Notes: generated by a model from the letters alone, not told the origin. 64,000 nucleotides of DNA from Gammaproteobacteria bacterium (GCA_965243205.1 CBDEUK010000002.1:1312001-1376000), one strand, 5' to 3'; shown: positions 12,280 through 25,314, numbered from the stretch's first letter. Numbers and translations are program-made.

Positions 12280-12468
12280 TTACACTTCCTCTACATTCAA
12301 TAAGTAAGAGACTTTATTGATCATGCCGCGGTTCTCTGGTGTATCTTGAACCGTCACAGTATGACCAATACGACGTAAACCTAAACCAATCACACATGCT
12401 TTGTGATTTTTAAGTCGTCCATTAGTACTCTTTGTTAATGTCACTTTAATTTCTTTAGCTGCAGCCAT
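12280..12468 (-). CDS. rpmD: 50S ribosomal protein L30
   Basis: IKVTL.KS..GR...HKA...[11 protein letters not shown]...DTP..RGMI.KV. Confidence 0.97.
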   Translation of the reverse strand: MAAAKEIKVTLTKSTNGRLKNHKACVIGLGLRRIGHTVTVQDTPENRGMINKVSYLLNVEEV

Positions 12469-12479
12469 GTTATCTAACC

Positions 12480-12986
12480 TTATGCTGTAATCTCTTCAAC
12501 AGTCTTACCGCGCTTTGCTGCGATATATTCAGGAGAACTCACTGAAGCAAGACCTTTAATGGTTGCTTGAACAACGTTAATAGGATTTGGCGAACCAATG
12601 GTTTTAGCCAAAATATTATGGATACCCACCACTTCAAATACCGCACGCATTGAGCCACCAGCAATAATACCGGTACCTTCAGAAGCAGGCTGCATATAAA
12701 CTTTAGCGGCACCATGCTCAGCAGTGATTGCGTAATGTAAGGTGTCACCATTTAGTGGCACAGTAATCATATTACGACGAGCATCTTCCATGGCTTTTTG
12801 AATTGCAATAGGAACTTCTTTCGCTTTACCACGACCGAAACCTACGCGGCCATTACCGTCACCTACCACAGTAAGTGCAGCGAAACCAAATTGACGACCA
12901 CCTTTTACTACTTTAGCTACACGATTTACCGCAACTAATTTTTCTAGAAGGTCTGAATTACCCGTATATGATTCTGCTAATGCCAT
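12480..12986 (-). CDS. rpsE: 30S ribosomal protein S5
   Basis: [41 protein letters not shown]. Confidence 0.99.
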   Translation of the reverse strand: MALAESYTGNSDLLEKLVAVNRVAKVVKGGRQFGFAALTVVGDGNGRVGFGRGKAKEVPIAIQKAMEDARRNMITVPLNGDTLHYAITAEHGAAKVYMQPASEGTGIIAGGSMRAVFEVVGIHNILAKTIGSPNPINVVQATIKGLASVSSPEYIAAKRGKTVEEITA

Positions 12987-13000
12987 AATTTAACCTATTA

Positions 13001-13357
13001 TTAAAATTCCATACCGTTTTCACGAGCAGCATCAGCTAGTGCTTTTACACGGCCGTGAAATTTAAAACCTGAACGATCAAATGCTACTTTAGTAACACCC
13101 GCTGCTTTAGCACGCTCAGCAATTGCTTTACCCACTAAACTAGCCGCTTCAACATTACCTGTGTTTTTAGCTTGTCCAGCAATTTCTTTATCTAATGTTG
13201 ATGCGCTTGCTAAAACTTCTGAACCTGTTGGTGCAATAACTTGAGCATAAACATGTCGAGGTGTTCTATGAATACATAGGCGATTCACACCTAACTCTTT
13301 AATGTGAGCACGCACTTTTACAGAACGTCTTAATCTTGATTGCTTTTTACTTTTCAT
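13001..13357 (-). CDS. rplR: 50S ribosomal protein L18
   Basis: [38 protein letters not shown]. Confidence 0.99.
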   Translation of the reverse strand: MKSKKQSRLRRSVKVRAHIKELGVNRLCIHRTPRHVYAQVIAPTGSEVLASASTLDKEIAGQAKNTGNVEAASLVGKAIAERAKAAGVTKVAFDRSGFKFHGRVKALADAARENGMEF

Positions 13358-13360
13358 GTG

Positions 13361-13894
13361 TTAACTCTTCTTAGCTTCTTTACGTACAACATGCTCATCA
13401 GAATAACGAACACCTTTACCTTTATATGGTTCAGGTGGACGATAAGCTCTTATTTCAGCTGCAACTTGACCAACTTTTTGTTTATCCACACCTTTAATAA
13501 CAATTTCGGTTTGACTAGGTGTTTCGAAAGAAATCCCTTCAGGTGCTTCATAATTAACTGGATGAGAAAAACCCAAAGTTAAATTCAATGTTTTACCTTG
13601 TGCTTGAGCACGATAACCAACACCGATAATAGTTAGTTTTTTCTCAAAACCTTCACTAACACCAGTTACTAAATTTTGCACAACTGCGCGAGTAGTACCC
13701 GATAAAGCTTTAGCTGCTTTAGATGTATTGTTAGCTTTAAATGTAAGCTGGTTTTCTTCTTGTGCTATAGACACTAAAGAATGAATGCCATGAGACATCT
13801 CACCCTTACTACCTTTAACTTTTATATCCTGACCATTGATAGTCACTTCTACGCCAGAAGGAATTGAAACAGGATTATTCGCAATACGAGACAT
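13361..13894 (-). CDS. rplF: 50S ribosomal protein L6
   Basis: [34 protein letters not shown]. Confidence 0.99.
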   Translation of the reverse strand: MSRIANNPVSIPSGVEVTINGQDIKVKGSKGEMSHGIHSLVSIAQEENQLTFKANNTSKAAKALSGTTRAVVQNLVTGVSEGFEKKLTIIGVGYRAQAQGKTLNLTLGFSHPVNYEAPEGISFETPSQTEIVIKGVDKQKVGQVAAEIRAYRPPEPYKGKGVRYSDEHVVRKEAKKS

Positions 13895-13905
13895 TTGTTA
13901 TTACC

Positions 13906-14298
13906 TCAAGCAACGACACAAAGTACTTCGCCACCAACACCTAATTCACGTGCAGACTTATCTGTCATTACACCTTTAGATGTTGAAATAATAGCGGTAC
14001 CAAATCCACCTAGTACTTTAGGCAGATCATTTTTCGATTTATATTTACGTAAGCTTGGTTTGCTTGAACGTTGTAGCATTTCAATAACCGGCTTACCTTC
14101 AAAGTATTTAAGTTCAACAGTTAGAGTTTTTAAGGTTTCGCCACTCACTTGATAGCTTCTGATATAACCTTCTTGCTGTAAAATTTCGCAAATAGCTACC
14201 TTTAATTTAGACGCAGGCATATCGGTAGTTTGTTTATCACGTTCTTGCGCATTACGAATGCGGGTCAACATGTCTGCTATTGGGTCTTGTAAACTCAT
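13906..14298 (-). CDS. rpsH: 30S ribosomal protein S8
   Basis: [32 protein letters not shown]. Confidence 0.99.
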   Translation of the reverse strand: MSLQDPIADMLTRIRNAQERDKQTTDMPASKLKVAICEILQQEGYIRSYQVSGETLKTLTVELKYFEGKPVIEMLQRSSKPSLRKYKSKNDLPKVLGGFGTAIISTSKGVMTDKSARELGVGGEVLCVVA

Positions 14299-14317
14299 AA
14301 TCTATTGTTCTCTATTG

Positions 14318-14623
14318 TTACCAACTTGCTTTAACCAAGCCTGGGATATCACCCTGCATGGCAGCTTCTCTTAATTTATTTCTAGCAAGGCCAAATTTAC
14401 GATAATAGCCGTGAGGTCTACCTGTAATTTTGCAACGATTACGTTGACGTACTGAGTTACCATCACGAGGCAGTTTATTTAATTTATCACGTGCAGCGAT
14501 TCGATCTTCGTCACTGGTATCAGCACTTTTAATAATTGCTCTGAGCTCAGCTCGCTTAGCAGCATATTTCTTAACTGCCTTAGCACGCTTCTTCTCTCTG
14601 TTTACCATTGAAACCTTTGCCAT
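14318..14623 (-). CDS. rpsN: 30S ribosomal protein S14 (long, Zn-independent form)
   Basis: [42 protein letters not shown]. Confidence 0.99.
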   Translation of the reverse strand: MAKVSMVNREKKRAKAVKKYAAKRAELRAIIKSADTSDEDRIAARDKLNKLPRDGNSVRQRNRCKITGRPHGYYRKFGLARNKLREAAMQGDIPGLVKASW

Positions 14624-14640
14624 TGTAAATAGAACCCCTA

Positions 14641-15180
14641 TTAATTCCTTAAAGGAAAATTAAATGCTGTTAATAATGCTCTGCCTTCCTCATCGGTTTT
14701 AGCAGAAGTTGTGATAGTAATATCCATACCACGAACTTTATCGATTTTATCGTAATCGATTTCAGGAAAAATAATTTGCTCTTTAATGCCTAAGCTATAG
14801 TTTCCACGTCCATCGAATGATTTTGGACTAAAGCCACGGAAGTCACGAATACGTGGAATCGCAATAGTAATTAGACGATCTAAAAATTCATACATGCGAT
14901 CACGACGTAGTGTTACTTTACATCCAATTGGATAGCCTTCACGAACTTTAAAGTTCGCAACAGATTTTCTAGCATTGCTAACAATAGGTTTTTGACCAGC
15001 AATCTTTTCCATATCAGCCACGGCATTTTGTAATACTTTTTTATCAGCAATCGCTTCGCCTACCCCCATGTTCAAAGTAACTTTAGTTACACGTGGAATT
15101 TCCATTGCTGATTTATAAGAAAATTGCTCTTTAAGCTGAGCCGCAATCTTATCTTTATAAATTTCTTCTAGTCTTGTCAT
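14641..15180 (-). CDS. rplE: 50S ribosomal protein L5
   Basis: [43 protein letters not shown]. Confidence 0.99.
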   Translation of the reverse strand: MTRLEEIYKDKIAAQLKEQFSYKSAMEIPRVTKVTLNMGVGEAIADKKVLQNAVADMEKIAGQKPIVSNARKSVANFKVREGYPIGCKVTLRRDRMYEFLDRLITIAIPRIRDFRGFSPKSFDGRGNYSLGIKEQIIFPEIDYDKIDKVRGMDITITTSAKTDEEGRALLTAFNFPLRN

Positions 15181-15190
15181 GATCTATAAC

Positions 15191-15511
15191 CTAAACATCA
15201 ACAACTTCGTTGTTAGATTTAAAAAACCGAACTTTAGTACCATCTTCTAGGTGTTTAATACCAACACGATCGGCTTTATTTGAAACTGGGTTCCACAGCG
15301 CAACATTAGAAATATGAATCGGTGATTCTTTTTCAACGATACCACCAGGAACGCCTTGCATTGGGTTACCTTTGGTATGACGTTTAACCATATTCACATT
15401 CTCAACAACCACTTTATCTTCGTCACTAATTACATTAACAACGATGCCACGCTTACCTTTATCTTTACCGGTCAACACTGTGACCTCGTCACCTTTACGT
15501 ATTTTATTCAT
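15191..15511 (-). CDS. rplX: 50S ribosomal protein L24
   Basis: [34 protein letters not shown]. Confidence 0.99.
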   Translation of the reverse strand: MNKIRKGDEVTVLTGKDKGKRGIVVNVISDEDKVVVENVNMVKRHTKGNPMQGVPGGIVEKESPIHISNVALWNPVSNKADRVGIKHLEDGTKVRFFKSNNEVVDV

Positions 15512-15513
15512 CT

Positions 15514-15882
15514 TTATAAGACCTCTGGTGCAAGCGAAACGATCTTCATGAATTTTTCACCACGAAGCTCACGGGTTACTGGTCCAAAAATACGAGTACC
15601 AATTGGTTGTAATTGACCGTTCAATAAAACAGCTGCATTACCGTCGAAACGAATAGCAGAACCATCAGCACGACGAACTGCTTTTTTAGTACGTACAACC
15701 ACAGCGTTATACACTTCACCTTTTTTTACTTTACCTCTTGGAATGGCTTCTTTTACGGTAACTTTAATAACATCACCGACATTTGCATAACGACGCTTCG
15801 AACCACCAAGAACTTTAACGCACATTACTTTCCTTGCACCACTGTTATCAGCAGCTGAAAGCATTGTTTGCATCTGTATCAT
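15514..15882 (-). CDS. rplN: 50S ribosomal protein L14
   Basis: [34 protein letters not shown]. Confidence 0.99.
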   Translation of the reverse strand: MIQMQTMLSAADNSGARKVMCVKVLGGSKRRYANVGDVIKVTVKEAIPRGKVKKGEVYNAVVVRTKKAVRRADGSAIRFDGNAAVLLNGQLQPIGTRIFGPVTRELRGEKFMKIVSLAPEVL

Positions 15883-15922
15883 GTGCGTGAACTCCTATAA
15901 TTCTATTAGTTATAAATAATTA

Positions 15923-16189
15923 TTAAATTTCTTGAGCTTTGGTTACGACTTTCTGTAAAGCCCAAGTTTTGTTTTTTGATAATGGTCTTGATGACTCAAT
16001 TACCACGACATCACCCTCGTTGCATTCATTCGCTTCATCATGCGCTAATACTTTCGTACTCTTGCTATGATATTTTTCATAAAGAGGATGTTTCACTGTT
16101 CGTTTAATCAATACTGAAATGGTTTTATCCATTTTGTTACTGACAACGGTACCTTTTAAGGTTTTTACTGGTTTCTTATCTTCAGCCAT
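15923..16189 (-). CDS. rpsQ: 30S ribosomal protein S17
   Basis: [29 protein letters not shown]. Confidence 0.98.
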   Translation of the reverse strand: MAEDKKPVKTLKGTVVSNKMDKTISVLIKRTVKHPLYEKYHSKSTKVLAHDEANECNEGDVVVIESSRPLSKNKTWALQKVVTKAQEI

Positions 16190-16386
16190 TATTTCTCGCC
16201 TACAGATTTTTCTGTGATCAGAGTTTTAATTCGAGCGATTTGACGTCGAACTCGTTTTACTTCGCTAGGGCGAGTTAATTGCCCAGTGCCTTTTTGCATA
16301 CGAAGATTGAATGCCTCACGTGTTAACGCAAGCACTTCTTCATTCAATTCTTCAACTGTTTTTTCTCTTAACTCTGCAGTTTTCAT
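16189..16386 (-). CDS. rpmC: 50S ribosomal protein L29
   Basis: MKTAELREK...[12 protein letters not shown]...RRQIARIKT. Confidence 0.98.
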   Translation of the reverse strand: MKTAELREKTVEELNEEVLALTREAFNLRMQKGTGQLTRPSEVKRVRRQIARIKTLITEKSVGEK

Positions 16387-16799
16387 TACATGATTGTCCT
16401 TTCGACAAATTTTGTTTTAACCGGCAATTTAGCAGCTGCAAGATCGAATGCTTCACGAGCCAGTTCTTCAGTAACACCTTCTATTTCATAAAGCATTCTG
16501 CCTGGTTGAACTAATGCTACCCAATATTCAACACTACCTTTACCTTTACCTTGACGTACTTCTAAAGGTTTTTTAGTAATTGGTTTGTCTGGAAAAATTC
16601 GAATCCAGATTTTCGCACCACGTTTACATTTACGAGTGATGGTACGACGAGCTGCTTCAATTTGACGAGAAGTAATTCGACCACGACCAACCGCTTTTAA
16701 ACCAAATGCACCAAAGCTTACTTTGTTACCAACATTAGCATTACCGCGGTTTCGACCTTTAAATTGTTTTCTAAATTTGGTTCTTTTAGGTAATAACAC
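16386..16799 (-). CDS. rplP: 50S ribosomal protein L16 (true start GTG at 16799)
   Basis: (M)[47 protein letters not shown] upstream of the GTG gives 137 aa; the track ORF is over-extended into rpsC. Confidence 0.97.
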   Translation of the reverse strand: MLLPKRTKFRKQFKGRNRGNANVGNKVSFGAFGLKAVGRGRITSRQIEAARRTITRKCKRGAKIWIRIFPDKPITKKPLEVRQGKGKGSVEYWVALVQPGRMLYEIEGVTEELAREAFDLAAAKLPVKTKFVERTIM

Positions 16800-16809
16800 A
16801 ATACTTCTC

Positions 16810-17490
16810 CTAGTCTGCCGCTGCTTCAGCTGCTTCGGTTTCAGTTTCACCTAAATCTTGGGGACCAAAAACTTCGCCTTTAAAGATCCAAACTTTAATA
16901 CCGATAACACCGTAAGTTGTATTAGAACGCGCAGTACCATAATCAATATCAGCTCTAAGCGTATGCAAAGGCACTCGACCTTCGCGATACCATTCAGAAC
17001 GTGCGATTTCAGCACCATTCAATCGACCAGCAACATTAATCTTGATGCCTTGTGCGCCTAAACGCATAGTGTTTGTTACTGCACGCTTCATTGCTCGGCG
17101 AAACATAATTCTTCGTTCAATTTGTTGTGCAACACTTTCAGCAACTAATGTTGCGTCAAGCTCAGGCTTACGAATTTCCTCAACACTGACGTGAGCAGGA
17201 ATACCCATCATCTTTGAAACTTCTTGACGAAGACGTTCGATATCTTCACCTTTTTTACCAATCACAATACCTGGTCTTGCTGTATGAATGATCACACGAG
17301 CATTATTAGCAGGGCGGTCGATTTGGATTCGGCTCACAGAAGCATTTTTCAATTTATTTTTCAAATGCTCACGAACTTGCATATCGACATGCAGAAAATC
17401 TGCGTAATCATTGGTATCGGCATACCATTTAGACGTCCAATCTTTAATGATGCCTAAGCGTATACCTGTAGGATGAACTTTTTGTCCCAT
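16810..17490 (-). CDS. rpsC: 30S ribosomal protein S3
   Basis: [41 protein letters not shown]. Confidence 0.99.
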   Translation of the reverse strand: MGQKVHPTGIRLGIIKDWTSKWYADTNDYADFLHVDMQVREHLKNKLKNASVSRIQIDRPANNARVIIHTARPGIVIGKKGEDIERLRQEVSKMMGIPAHVSVEEIRKPELDATLVAESVAQQIERRIMFRRAMKRAVTNTMRLGAQGIKINVAGRLNGAEIARSEWYREGRVPLHTLRADIDYGTARSNTTYGVIGIKVWIFKGEVFGPQDLGETETEAAEAAAD

Positions 17491-17501
17491 CTATCTTCTC
17501 T

Positions 17502-17834
17502 TTAGTTTTCTTCAACAGTCACAGTAAGATGACTGGTACGTTTAATAATTCTGTCTGCACGACCACGAGCTCTAGGGCGTAAGCGCTTCATAGTTGGCCC
17601 AACATCCACATAAATTGATTTCACTGTTAATTCGTCAATATCAGCACCATCATTATGTTCTGCATTAGCTACAGCAGACATCAAAAGTTTCTTGATAATA
17701 TGCGCTGACTTTTTATTGCTAAATGTTAATAAGTCGATTGCTTTATCAACAGGCAAACCTCTAATCTGATCCGCAACCAAACGTGCTTTTTGTGGAGAGA
17801 TATGAGAATGTCTTAATGTTGCACTGGTACCCAT
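17502..17834 (-). CDS. rplV: 50S ribosomal protein L22
   Basis: [37 protein letters not shown]. Confidence 0.99.
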   Translation of the reverse strand: MGTSATLRHSHISPQKARLVADQIRGLPVDKAIDLLTFSNKKSAHIIKKLLMSAVANAEHNDGADIDELTVKSIYVDVGPTMKRLRPRARGRADRIIKRTSHLTVTVEEN

Positions 17835-17837
17835 AAC

Positions 17838-18110
17838 TTATTTACCTTTCTTATCCGCTTGGTGTCCTCGGTAAGTACGAGTCAAAGCAAACTCACCTAA
17901 TTTATGTCCAACCATATTTTCAGTGATATAAACTGGCATATGATCACGACCGTTATGAACGGCGATAGTTAAACCAACCATATTAGGAAAAACCATTGAG
18001 CGACGAGACCAAGTTTTGATCGGACGCTTATCGTTATTTTCTTTTGCTGCCTCAACCTTGGCCATCAAATGATGATCAATAAAAGGACCTTTTCTAAGTG
18101 AACGTGGCAC
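17838..18110 (-). CDS. rpsS: 30S ribosomal protein S19
   Basis: [28 protein letters not shown]; GTG start. Confidence 0.99.
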   Translation of the reverse strand: MPRSLRKGPFIDHHLMAKVEAAKENNDKRPIKTWSRRSMVFPNMVGLTIAVHNGRDHMPVYITENMVGHKLGEFALTRTYRGHQADKKGK

Positions 18111-18122
18111 AATATTTCCTCG

Positions 18123-18950
18123 TTATTTCTTATTACGACGACGAACGATTAATGAGTCCGTACGTTTGTTCTTACGGGTCTTATAACCCTTAGTAGGATT
18201 ACCCCAAGGTGTTACTGGATGACGACCACCCGATGTTCTACCTTCACCACCACCATGCGGGTGATCAACTGGGTTCATCGCAACACCACGAACCGTTGGA
18301 CGAATACCCAACCAACGTTTTGCGCCTGCTTTACCCAATTTTCTTAATGAATGTTCTGTATTACTCACTTCGCCAATAGTTGCACGGCACTCTGCTAATA
18401 CTTTACGCATTTCACCAGAGCGTAAACGTAAGGTTGCATGCACACCTTCGCGCGCAACTAACTGAACAGTTGCACCAGCACTACGAGCTAACTGAGCACC
18501 TTTTTTAGGTTTAAGCTCAATGCAATGAACCATAGTACCGATTGGAATGTTTCTTAGTGGCAAACAATTACCTGGTTTGATCTCAGCTTCAACACCTGAC
18601 ATCAACATATCGCCTTGTTTAACACCATTAGGTGCGATGATGTAACGACGCTCACCATCAACGAATAACAATAAAGCAATATGGGCACTACGATTTGGAT
18701 CGTATTCAATACGTTCTACTTTTGCTGGAATGCCGTCTTTATCGCGTTTGAAATCGACGATACGATAACGTTGTTTATGACCACCACCACGATGACGAAC
18801 AGTAATACGACCATTGTTATTACGGCCTGCACTTTTACTTTGTTTCTCTACTAATGGCTCGTAAGGTTGTCCTTTATGTAAATCAGGATTAACCACTTTC
18901 ACCATAGAGCGACGTCCAGCGGAAGTCGGTTTTGGCTTCATTAACGCCAT
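18123..18950 (-). CDS. rplB: 50S ribosomal protein L2
   Basis: [45 protein letters not shown]. Confidence 0.99.
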   Translation of the reverse strand: MALMKPKPTSAGRRSMVKVVNPDLHKGQPYEPLVEKQSKSAGRNNNGRITVRHRGGGHKQRYRIVDFKRDKDGIPAKVERIEYDPNRSAHIALLLFVDGERRYIIAPNGVKQGDMLMSGVEAEIKPGNCLPLRNIPIGTMVHCIELKPKKGAQLARSAGATVQLVAREGVHATLRLRSGEMRKVLAECRATIGEVSNTEHSLRKLGKAGAKRWLGIRPTVRGVAMNPVDHPHGGGEGRTSGGRHPVTPWGNPTKGYKTRKNKRTDSLIVRRRNKK

Positions 18951-18951
18951 G

Positions 18952-19248
18952 TTATTGCGCCCCCATAAAATCTATATCAAAGCCTGGTTTTAATTTTACG
19001 TAGGCTTTTTTCCAATCTGAACGTTGACCAAGTCTTTGACCAAAGCGCTTTTGCTTACCTTTAACGTTTAGAGTTTTTACTGAATCAACTTCAACGTTAA
19101 ACATTAACTCTACTGCTGCTTTAATATCTTGCTTATCAGCGTCTTTACGAACTTTAAAAGTGAATTGATTATTCAATTCAGCAGCAACAGTACTTTTTTC
19201 AGTCACTCTTGGCTCAAGCAAGACGTTCATTAATTTTTCTTGATTCAT
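18952..19248 (-). CDS. rplW: 50S ribosomal protein L23
   Basis: P.VTEKS, IK.AVE..FNV.V..V.TLNVKGK, WKKAYV.L. Confidence 0.99.
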   Translation of the reverse strand: MNQEKLMNVLLEPRVTEKSTVAAELNNQFTFKVRKDADKQDIKAAVELMFNVEVDSVKTLNVKGKQKRFGQRLGQRSDWKKAYVKLKPGFDIDFMGAQ

Positions 19249-19862
19249 TTTAAAGACGCCTCAATATTTTCTAATGCCGACTGAGTCATTATTACTTTTT
19301 CAAAGCCAACCAATAAATATGGGTCAACTTCTTCAACATCTATCACATCCACTTTTGGAATATTACGAGCCGATAAGAATAAATTTTCTGATAGCTCGTT
19401 TGTTACAATTAAAGCTTCTTTAACTGAAAGCGCTTCTAATTGTTGTAACATTAATTTTGTTTTTGGCTCTTCTGGCTCAAGTTTATCAACTACTATCAAA
19501 CGCTCTTGTCTAGCTAACTCAGATAAAATAGAACGTAACGCGCCTTTGTACATTTTCTTATTAAGTTTTTGCTCATAGTTTCTTGGCTTAGCTGCGAAAG
19601 CTTTACCGCCACCACGCCATATAGGGCTACGAATGGTTCCAGCACGAGCACGACCGGTACCTTTTTGACGCCAAGGTTTTTTACCGCCACCGCGAACTTC
19701 CGAACGAGTTTTTTGCGCTTTGGTTCCAGAACGAGCGCCAGCCATATAAGCTACAACAGCTTGATGCACTAGAGCTTCATTGAAGTCCACGCCAAAGACA
19801 GAATCTGCAACATCCAGTTTTGATGTGCTCTTTTTACCTGCGCTGTGTAATGTTAATTGCAT
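19245..19862 (-). CDS. rplD: 50S ribosomal protein L4
   Basis: [34 protein letters not shown]. Confidence 0.99.
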   Translation of the reverse strand: MQLTLHSAGKKSTSKLDVADSVFGVDFNEALVHQAVVAYMAGARSGTKAQKTRSEVRGGGKKPWRQKGTGRARAGTIRSPIWRGGGKAFAAKPRNYEQKLNKKMYKGALRSILSELARQERLIVVDKLEPEEPKTKLMLQQLEALSVKEALIVTNELSENLFLSARNIPKVDVIDVEEVDPYLLVGFEKVIMTQSALENIEASLK

Positions 19863-19874
19863 TGTTTACTACCG

Positions 19875-20519
19875 TTATCTTTTTATTTTTACCGTTGGCT
19901 TAACCAACACTTTGCCGCCTTTCGCGCCAGGCACAGAACCTTTGATTAAAAGCAGATTACGATCGTTATCAACACGTACTACTTCCAAGTTCTGAGTGGT
20001 TCTTTGTTTATCACCCATATGACCTGACATTTTCTTGCCTTTGAAAACTCGGCCAGGTGTTTGACATTGGCCAATTGAACCAGGTGCCCTATGAGAAATA
20101 GAGTTACCATGACTCATACGTTGACTACTAAAGTTATGACGCTTAATAGCACCAGCGTAACCTTTACCGATACTGGTTCCAGTCACATCTACTTTTTGCC
20201 CAGCTTCAAACATATCTACTTTGATTTCTGAACCAGCTTCTAATTCTGGAGCTTCGCCTTCTTCAAGACGGTACTCTAATAAACCTTCAGCAGATTCAAC
20301 TTCACATTTCGCTAATAAACCCGCTTGTGGTTTTGAAATCTTACTGGCTTTCTTTTGACCGTAAGCAACTTGCACTGCTTTATAACCCTGCTTGGCTTCA
20401 TCGGTTAACGCGGTAACTCGATTAGCAGCTGCTTCAATGACGGTAACAGGAATTGACTCACCGTTTTCGGTGAAGATTCGTGTCATGCCACGTTTATGTC
20501 CAATGATTCCAATAGTCAC
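19875..20519 (-). CDS. rplC: 50S ribosomal protein L3
   Basis: [33 protein letters not shown]; GTG start. Confidence 0.99.
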   Translation of the reverse strand: MTIGIIGHKRGMTRIFTENGESIPVTVIEAAANRVTALTDEAKQGYKAVQVAYGQKKASKISKPQAGLLAKCEVESAEGLLEYRLEEGEAPELEAGSEIKVDMFEAGQKVDVTGTSIGKGYAGAIKRHNFSSQRMSHGNSISHRAPGSIGQCQTPGRVFKGKKMSGHMGDKQRTTQNLEVVRVDNDRNLLLIKGSVPGAKGGKVLVKPTVKIKR

Positions 20520-20533
20520 TGTCTTAAACCCTA

Positions 20534-20848
20534 TTAATTCAATTTGATCTGCACATCAACACCAGCAGCAAGATCAAGCTTCATTAACGCATCAACGGTT
20601 TTATCTGTTGGATTTACAATATCCATCAAACGTTTGTGCGTACGAATCTCATATTGATCTCGTGCATCTTTGTTAACGTGCGGGGAAATCAATACCGTAA
20701 ACCGTTCTTTTTTGGTCGGCAACGGAATTGGCCCTTTTACTTGAGCACCAGTACGTCTTGCAGTTTCAACAATCTCGCGAGTCGATTGATCGATCAAGCG
20801 ATGATCGAAAGCTTTTAGACGAATTCTTATGACTTGATTATTTGCCAT
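20534..20848 (-). CDS. rpsJ: 30S ribosomal protein S10 (NusE)
   Basis: [36 protein letters not shown]. Confidence 0.99.
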   Translation of the reverse strand: MANNQVIRIRLKAFDHRLIDQSTREIVETARRTGAQVKGPIPLPTKKERFTVLISPHVNKDARDQYEIRTHKRLMDIVNPTDKTVDALMKLDLAAGVDVQIKLN

Positions 20849-20854
20849 TTACCC

Positions 20855-22045
20855 TTACTCAATAATTTTAGCGACGACACCCGCACCGACGGTACGACCA
20901 CCTTCACGAATCGCGAAGCGTAAACCTTCTTCCATCGCAATCGGCGCTATCAATGTAACAGTCATCTTAACGTTATCACCCGGCATCACCATCTCAGTGC
21001 CACTCGGTAATTCACATGCACCTGTAACATCAGTGGTTCTAAAATAAAATTGAGGACGGTAATTGTTGAAGAATGGCGTATGACGGCCACCTTCATCTTT
21101 CGATAACACATACACTTCCGCTTCAAATTTAGTATGTGGTGTAATTGAACCTGGGACACATAATACCTGTCCACGTTCAACTTCTTCACGCTTGGTACCA
21201 CGCAGTAACACACCCACGTTATCACCCGCTTGACCTTCATCTAGAAGTTTGCGGAACATCTCAACACCCGTACATGTCGTCTTTTGGGTCTCTTTAATAC
21301 CCACAATCTCTATCTCATCACCCACGTGGATAATACCGCGCTCAACACGACCCGTAACAACCGTTCCACGACCAGAGATACTGAATACATCTTCAATCGG
21401 CATCAAGAATTGCTGGTCAACCGGACGCTCAGGGACCGGGAAGTATTCGTCCATCTCAGCTACCAATTTCTCAATCGCTGGAATACCAATATCACTGGTA
21501 TCACCTTCAATCGCTTTTAAGGCTGAACCGGTAACAATCGGAGTATCATCCCCAGGAAAATCGTAGCTGTCTAACAACTCACGCACTTCCATCTCAACCA
21601 ATTCTAATAATTCCGCATCATCAACTTGGTCGGCTTTGTTGAGGAATACAACAATGTAAGGAACACCTACTTGGCGAGATAATAAGATATGCTCACGAGT
21701 TTGTGGCATAGGACCATCGGCTGCTGAACAAACCAATATCGCTCCGTCCATTTGCGCAGCACCCGTAATCATGTTCTTCACATAATCCGCGTGCCCTGGG
21801 CAGTCAACGTGTGCGTAGTGACGAGTATCACTTTCATACTCAACGTGAGCCGTCGAAATCGTAATACCACGTTCTCTTTCTTCCGGAGCATTATCAATTT
21901 GGTCGTAAGCCTTAGCCTCACCACCATGCTTCTCAGTCATCACTTTGGTTATCGCTGCTGTCAATGTCGTCTTACCATGGTCAACGTGACCTATCGTTCC
22001 TACATTCACATGCGGTTTCGTGCGTTCGAATTTTTCCTTAGACAC
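20855..22045 (-). CDS. tuf: Elongation factor Tu (str-operon copy, GTG start)
   Basis: [31 protein letters not shown]; downstream of fusA. Confidence 0.99.
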   Translation of the reverse strand: MSKEKFERTKPHVNVGTIGHVDHGKTTLTAAITKVMTEKHGGEAKAYDQIDNAPEERERGITISTAHVEYESDTRHYAHVDCPGHADYVKNMITGAAQMDGAILVCSAADGPMPQTREHILLSRQVGVPYIVVFLNKADQVDDAELLELVEMEVRELLDSYDFPGDDTPIVTGSALKAIEGDTSDIGIPAIEKLVAEMDEYFPVPERPVDQQFLMPIEDVFSISGRGTVVTGRVERGIIHVGDEIEIVGIKETQKTTCTGVEMFRKLLDEGQAGDNVGVLLRGTKREEVERGQVLCVPGSITPHTKFEAEVYVLSKDEGGRHTPFFNNYRPQFYFRTTDVTGACELPSGTEMVMPGDNVKMTVTLIAPIAMEEGLRFAIREGGRTVGAGVVAKIIE

Positions 22046-22077
22046 GGTTTAATACCTCGCTAATCTATCTCAATTAA

Positions 22078-24180
22078 TTAATGATTCTTCGCTATGATGC
22101 CTTCCGCTATATTCGGTGGCACCTGATTGTAATGACCAAACTCCATGGTATAAGTCGCTCGTCCCTGCGTCGCTGAACGCAGGTCGGTTGCATAACCAAA
22201 CATTTCAGATAAAGGAACTTCCGCCTTTATCACCTTTCCTGATGGAGACTCTTCCGTACCTTGCAAAATACCGCGACGTCGATTTAAGTCTCCCGTCACT
22301 GCCCCCAGATAGTCTTCTGGAGTCACAATCTCTACTTTCATCATAGGTTCAAGCAATACAGCATCTGCTTCAGCTGCACCCTCTTTAAAACCCAAAGAGC
22401 CGGCGATTTTAAACGCCATTTCGTTAGAGTCAACATCATGATACGAACCATCGTATAAAGTGACCTTCACATCGACCATTGGGAAACCAGCTAACACCCC
22501 ATTGGCTATCTGTTCTTGCACACCTTTATCAATGGCACCTATATACTCTTTCGGTACTACACCACCTACGATTTCGTTAACAAATTCGTAGCCAGCACCC
22601 GTATCTTGAGGCTCAATTTTAAAGATCACATGGCCATACTGGCCTTTACCACCCGACTGCCGAACAAATTTACCTTCGGCCTTTTCCACTGTCTTGCGGA
22701 TGGTCTCACGGTAAGCCACTTGTGGCTTACCCACATTCGCCTCGACTTTAAACTCGCGACGCATGCGGTCGACAATAATGTCTAAATGCAATTCACCCAT
22801 ACCAGAGATAATCGTCTGGCCTGATTCTTCATCAGTATGAACCCTGAATGAAGGATCTTCTTGGGCTAGCTTACCAAGAGCTAAGCCCATTTTTTCCTGA
22901 TCGGGCTTTGTCTTCGGCTCTACTGCGACTGAAATAACCGGATCTGGAAATTCCATTCGCTCTAAAACAATCTGTGCACTGCTATCACACAAAGTATCGC
23001 CAGTAGTAACATCCTTTAATCCAACTGCTGCAGCTATGTCACCAGCGCGTACTTCTTTTATCTCTTCACGAGAATTTGCATGCATTTGCAAAATTCGGCC
23101 AACACGTTCTTTATTCTCTTTAACCGAATTAAAAACGCTATCGCCTGATGATAAAACACCGGAATAAACCCGGAAGAATGTCAACGTACCAACAAATGGA
23201 TCCGTTGCAATCTTGAAAGCTAATGCAGCAAATGGCTCATCATCCGATGAATGTCTTTCTGCTTCAGTTTCGTTTTTATCATTCAGATGCCCTGTAATCG
23301 CCGGAACATCTATCGGTGACGGCATAAAATTAATCACCGCATCTAATAAAGCCTGCACACCTTTATTCTTAAAAGCACTACCACAAAATACTGGCACCAC
23401 TTCATTGGCTAAAGTCTGCAAGCGAATGCCTTCAATGATTTGTTCAGTGCTTAATTCACCACTTTCCAAATAGACATCCATTAATTCTTCAGAAGCCTCA
23501 GCTGCCGCTTCCACCATCAGTTCACGATAGTTTTCAGCATCAGCCTGATACTCATCAGGAATTTCTTTCTCTTCGAAAGCAATTCCCATGTTTTCTTCTT
23601 CCCAGTAGATGGCTTTCATCTTTACTAGGTCAATCACGCCTTTGAACTCTTTTTCAGCTCCGATCGGCAATTGCATCGGAACTGAGTTACTACCAAGCCG
23701 TGTTTTAATCTGTTCGACCACACGCAGAAAATCTGCGCCATCACGATCCATCTTATTAACGAATGCTAACCGCGGAACGTTGTATTTAGTTGCTTGCCGC
23801 CATACTGTTTCTGACTGCGGCTCTACTCCGCCAACAGCACAAAACACGGCACAAGCACCGTCTAAAACTCGTAACGAACGTTCTACTTCAATCGTAAAAT
23901 CAACGTGTCCTGGTGTATCAATGATATTGATACGATGCTCATCAAAATCACCGGACATTCCTTTCCAAAAACAGGTCGTAGCAGCAGAGGTAATCGTAAT
24001 ACCTCGTTCTTGCTCTTGCTCCATCCAATCCATGGTGGCAGCACCATCATGAACCTCGCCTATTTTGTGAGAAACACCTGTGTAAAACAGGATACGCTCA
24101 GTGGTCGTTGTCTTTCCCGCATCGATATGGGCCATAATGCCAATATTGCGATAGCGGTTAATAGGTGTAATCCTGGCCAC
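22078..24180 (-). CDS. fusA: Elongation factor G
   Basis: [51 protein letters not shown]; GTG start. Confidence 0.99.
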   Translation of the reverse strand: MARITPINRYRNIGIMAHIDAGKTTTTERILFYTGVSHKIGEVHDGAATMDWMEQEQERGITITSAATTCFWKGMSGDFDEHRINIIDTPGHVDFTIEVERSLRVLDGACAVFCAVGGVEPQSETVWRQATKYNVPRLAFVNKMDRDGADFLRVVEQIKTRLGSNSVPMQLPIGAEKEFKGVIDLVKMKAIYWEEENMGIAFEEKEIPDEYQADAENYRELMVEAAAEASEELMDVYLESGELSTEQIIEGIRLQTLANEVVPVFCGSAFKNKGVQALLDAVINFMPSPIDVPAITGHLNDKNETEAERHSSDDEPFAALAFKIATDPFVGTLTFFRVYSGVLSSGDSVFNSVKENKERVGRILQMHANSREEIKEVRAGDIAAAVGLKDVTTGDTLCDSSAQIVLERMEFPDPVISVAVEPKTKPDQEKMGLALGKLAQEDPSFRVHTDEESGQTIISGMGELHLDIIVDRMRREFKVEANVGKPQVAYRETIRKTVEKAEGKFVRQSGGKGQYGHVIFKIEPQDTGAGYEFVNEIVGGVVPKEYIGAIDKGVQEQIANGVLAGFPMVDVKVTLYDGSYHDVDSNEMAFKIAGSLGFKEGAAEADAVLLEPMMKVEIVTPEDYLGAVTGDLNRRRGILQGTEESPSGKVIKAEVPLSEMFGYATDLRSATQGRATYTMEFGHYNQVPPNIAEGIIAKNH

Positions 24181-24225
24181 TGTCGTTCTCTAAACAAAAC
24201 GCTCAATTTTCTTTTATTCTTGTTA

Positions 24226-24696
24226 TTACCAACGAAAATGTGAAAACGCTTTATTGGCTTCAGCCATCTTGTGCGTATCTTCACGTTTTTTCATTGCATT
24301 ACCTTTTTTGTCAGCAGCATCAATTAATTCGCCTGCTAGACGCAAACCCATATTTTTTTCATTTCTGTTTTTAGCCGAATCGACTAACCAACGCATCGCC
24401 AAAGTAATACTACGGTCTTGTCGTACTTCAACTGGAATTTGGTAAGTAGCACCACCTACTCTACGAGAACGCACTTCGACTAAAGGACGAACATTATCAA
24501 GAGCAGATTTAAACACTTCTAATGGTTCACTGTTACCTTTCTCACTTACAGTATCTAATGCACCATACACAATTTTTTCAGCAACAGACTTCTTACCGCT
24601 TTGCATAATCATATTGATGAATTTCGCTAATACCTGATCGTTAAATTTAGGATCCGGTAAAATTTGTCGTTTCTCTGCTACTCTTCTTCTAGACAT
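24226..24696 (-). CDS. rpsG: 30S ribosomal protein S7
   Basis: [40 protein letters not shown]. Confidence 0.99.
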   Translation of the reverse strand: MSRRRVAEKRQILPDPKFNDQVLAKFINMIMQSGKKSVAEKIVYGALDTVSEKGNSEPLEVFKSALDNVRPLVEVRSRRVGGATYQIPVEVRQDRSITLAMRWLVDSAKNRNEKNMGLRLAGELIDAADKKGNAMKKREDTHKMAEANKAFSHFRW

Positions 24697-24728
24697 TACT
24701 TAATCTCTTATTAATTCTTAGGCTCTTC

Positions 24729-25103
24729 TTATGATTTAGGTCGTTTAGCACCGTATTTCGAACGGCCTTGCTTACGTTCTGCAACACCAGAAGTATCTAA
24801 TGTACCGCGCACGGTATGATAGCGAACACCAGGTAAATCTTTTACACGACCACCACGTATCAATATAACCGAGTGTTCTTGTAAGTTATGGCCTTCACCA
24901 CCAATATACGTCGTTACTTCTTGGCCATTCGTCAAACGAACACGGGCAACCTTACGTAATGCTGAGTTAGGCTTCTTCGGTGTTGTTGTATAAACACGAG
25001 TACAAACTCCACGTTTTTGAGGACAAGCCTCAAGAGCAGGTACATTACTCTTCACCTTTTGTCGTTTACGCGGTTTACGCACTAGTTGGTTAATCGTCGC
25101 CAT
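24729..25103 (-). CDS. rpsL: 30S ribosomal protein S12
   Basis: [36 protein letters not shown]. Confidence 0.99.
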   Translation of the reverse strand: MATINQLVRKPRKRQKVKSNVPALEACPQKRGVCTRVYTTTPKKPNSALRKVARVRLTNGQEVTTYIGGEGHNLQEHSVILIRGGRVKDLPGVRYHTVRGTLDTSGVAERKQGRSKYGAKRPKS

Positions 25104-25133
25104 ATTTTTCTATCTTTTATGTATCTCTACAGT

Positions 25134-25190
25134 AAAAAAAGCCCTCTCCTCATGCCGCGGTCAGAACCAACGATATGTGGCTGGACTTTC
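25134..25190 (-). promoter_or_regulatory. Attenuator-like hairpin plus U7 tract in the rpsL 5' leader
   Basis: Minus strand AAAGTCC...CAT-ATCGT-TGGT-TCTG-ACC-GCGGC-ATG...GGGC-TTTTTTT: an imperfect long stem ending in 7 U, 30 nt before the rpsL ATG. Confidence 0.5.
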
Positions 25191-25314
25191 TATAAATTTG
25201 GTAAATTCTTGAATCTCGCCAGGAGCGGTTAAATCAATAAGAAACCTTTAAAAACCTGGACTTAGTAACTTTGATTAATCAGATTTCAGGCATCCAGTCA
25301 ATCAAGGAGGCGGG

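Noticed and set aside
16800-16850. Apparent N-terminal extension of L16 (likewise L10 34875-34922 and the NtrY-like kinase 48573-48596)
   Set aside because: Downstream GTG/ATG starts with good SD sequences give normal-length proteins; the extensions are ORF-caller artefacts.
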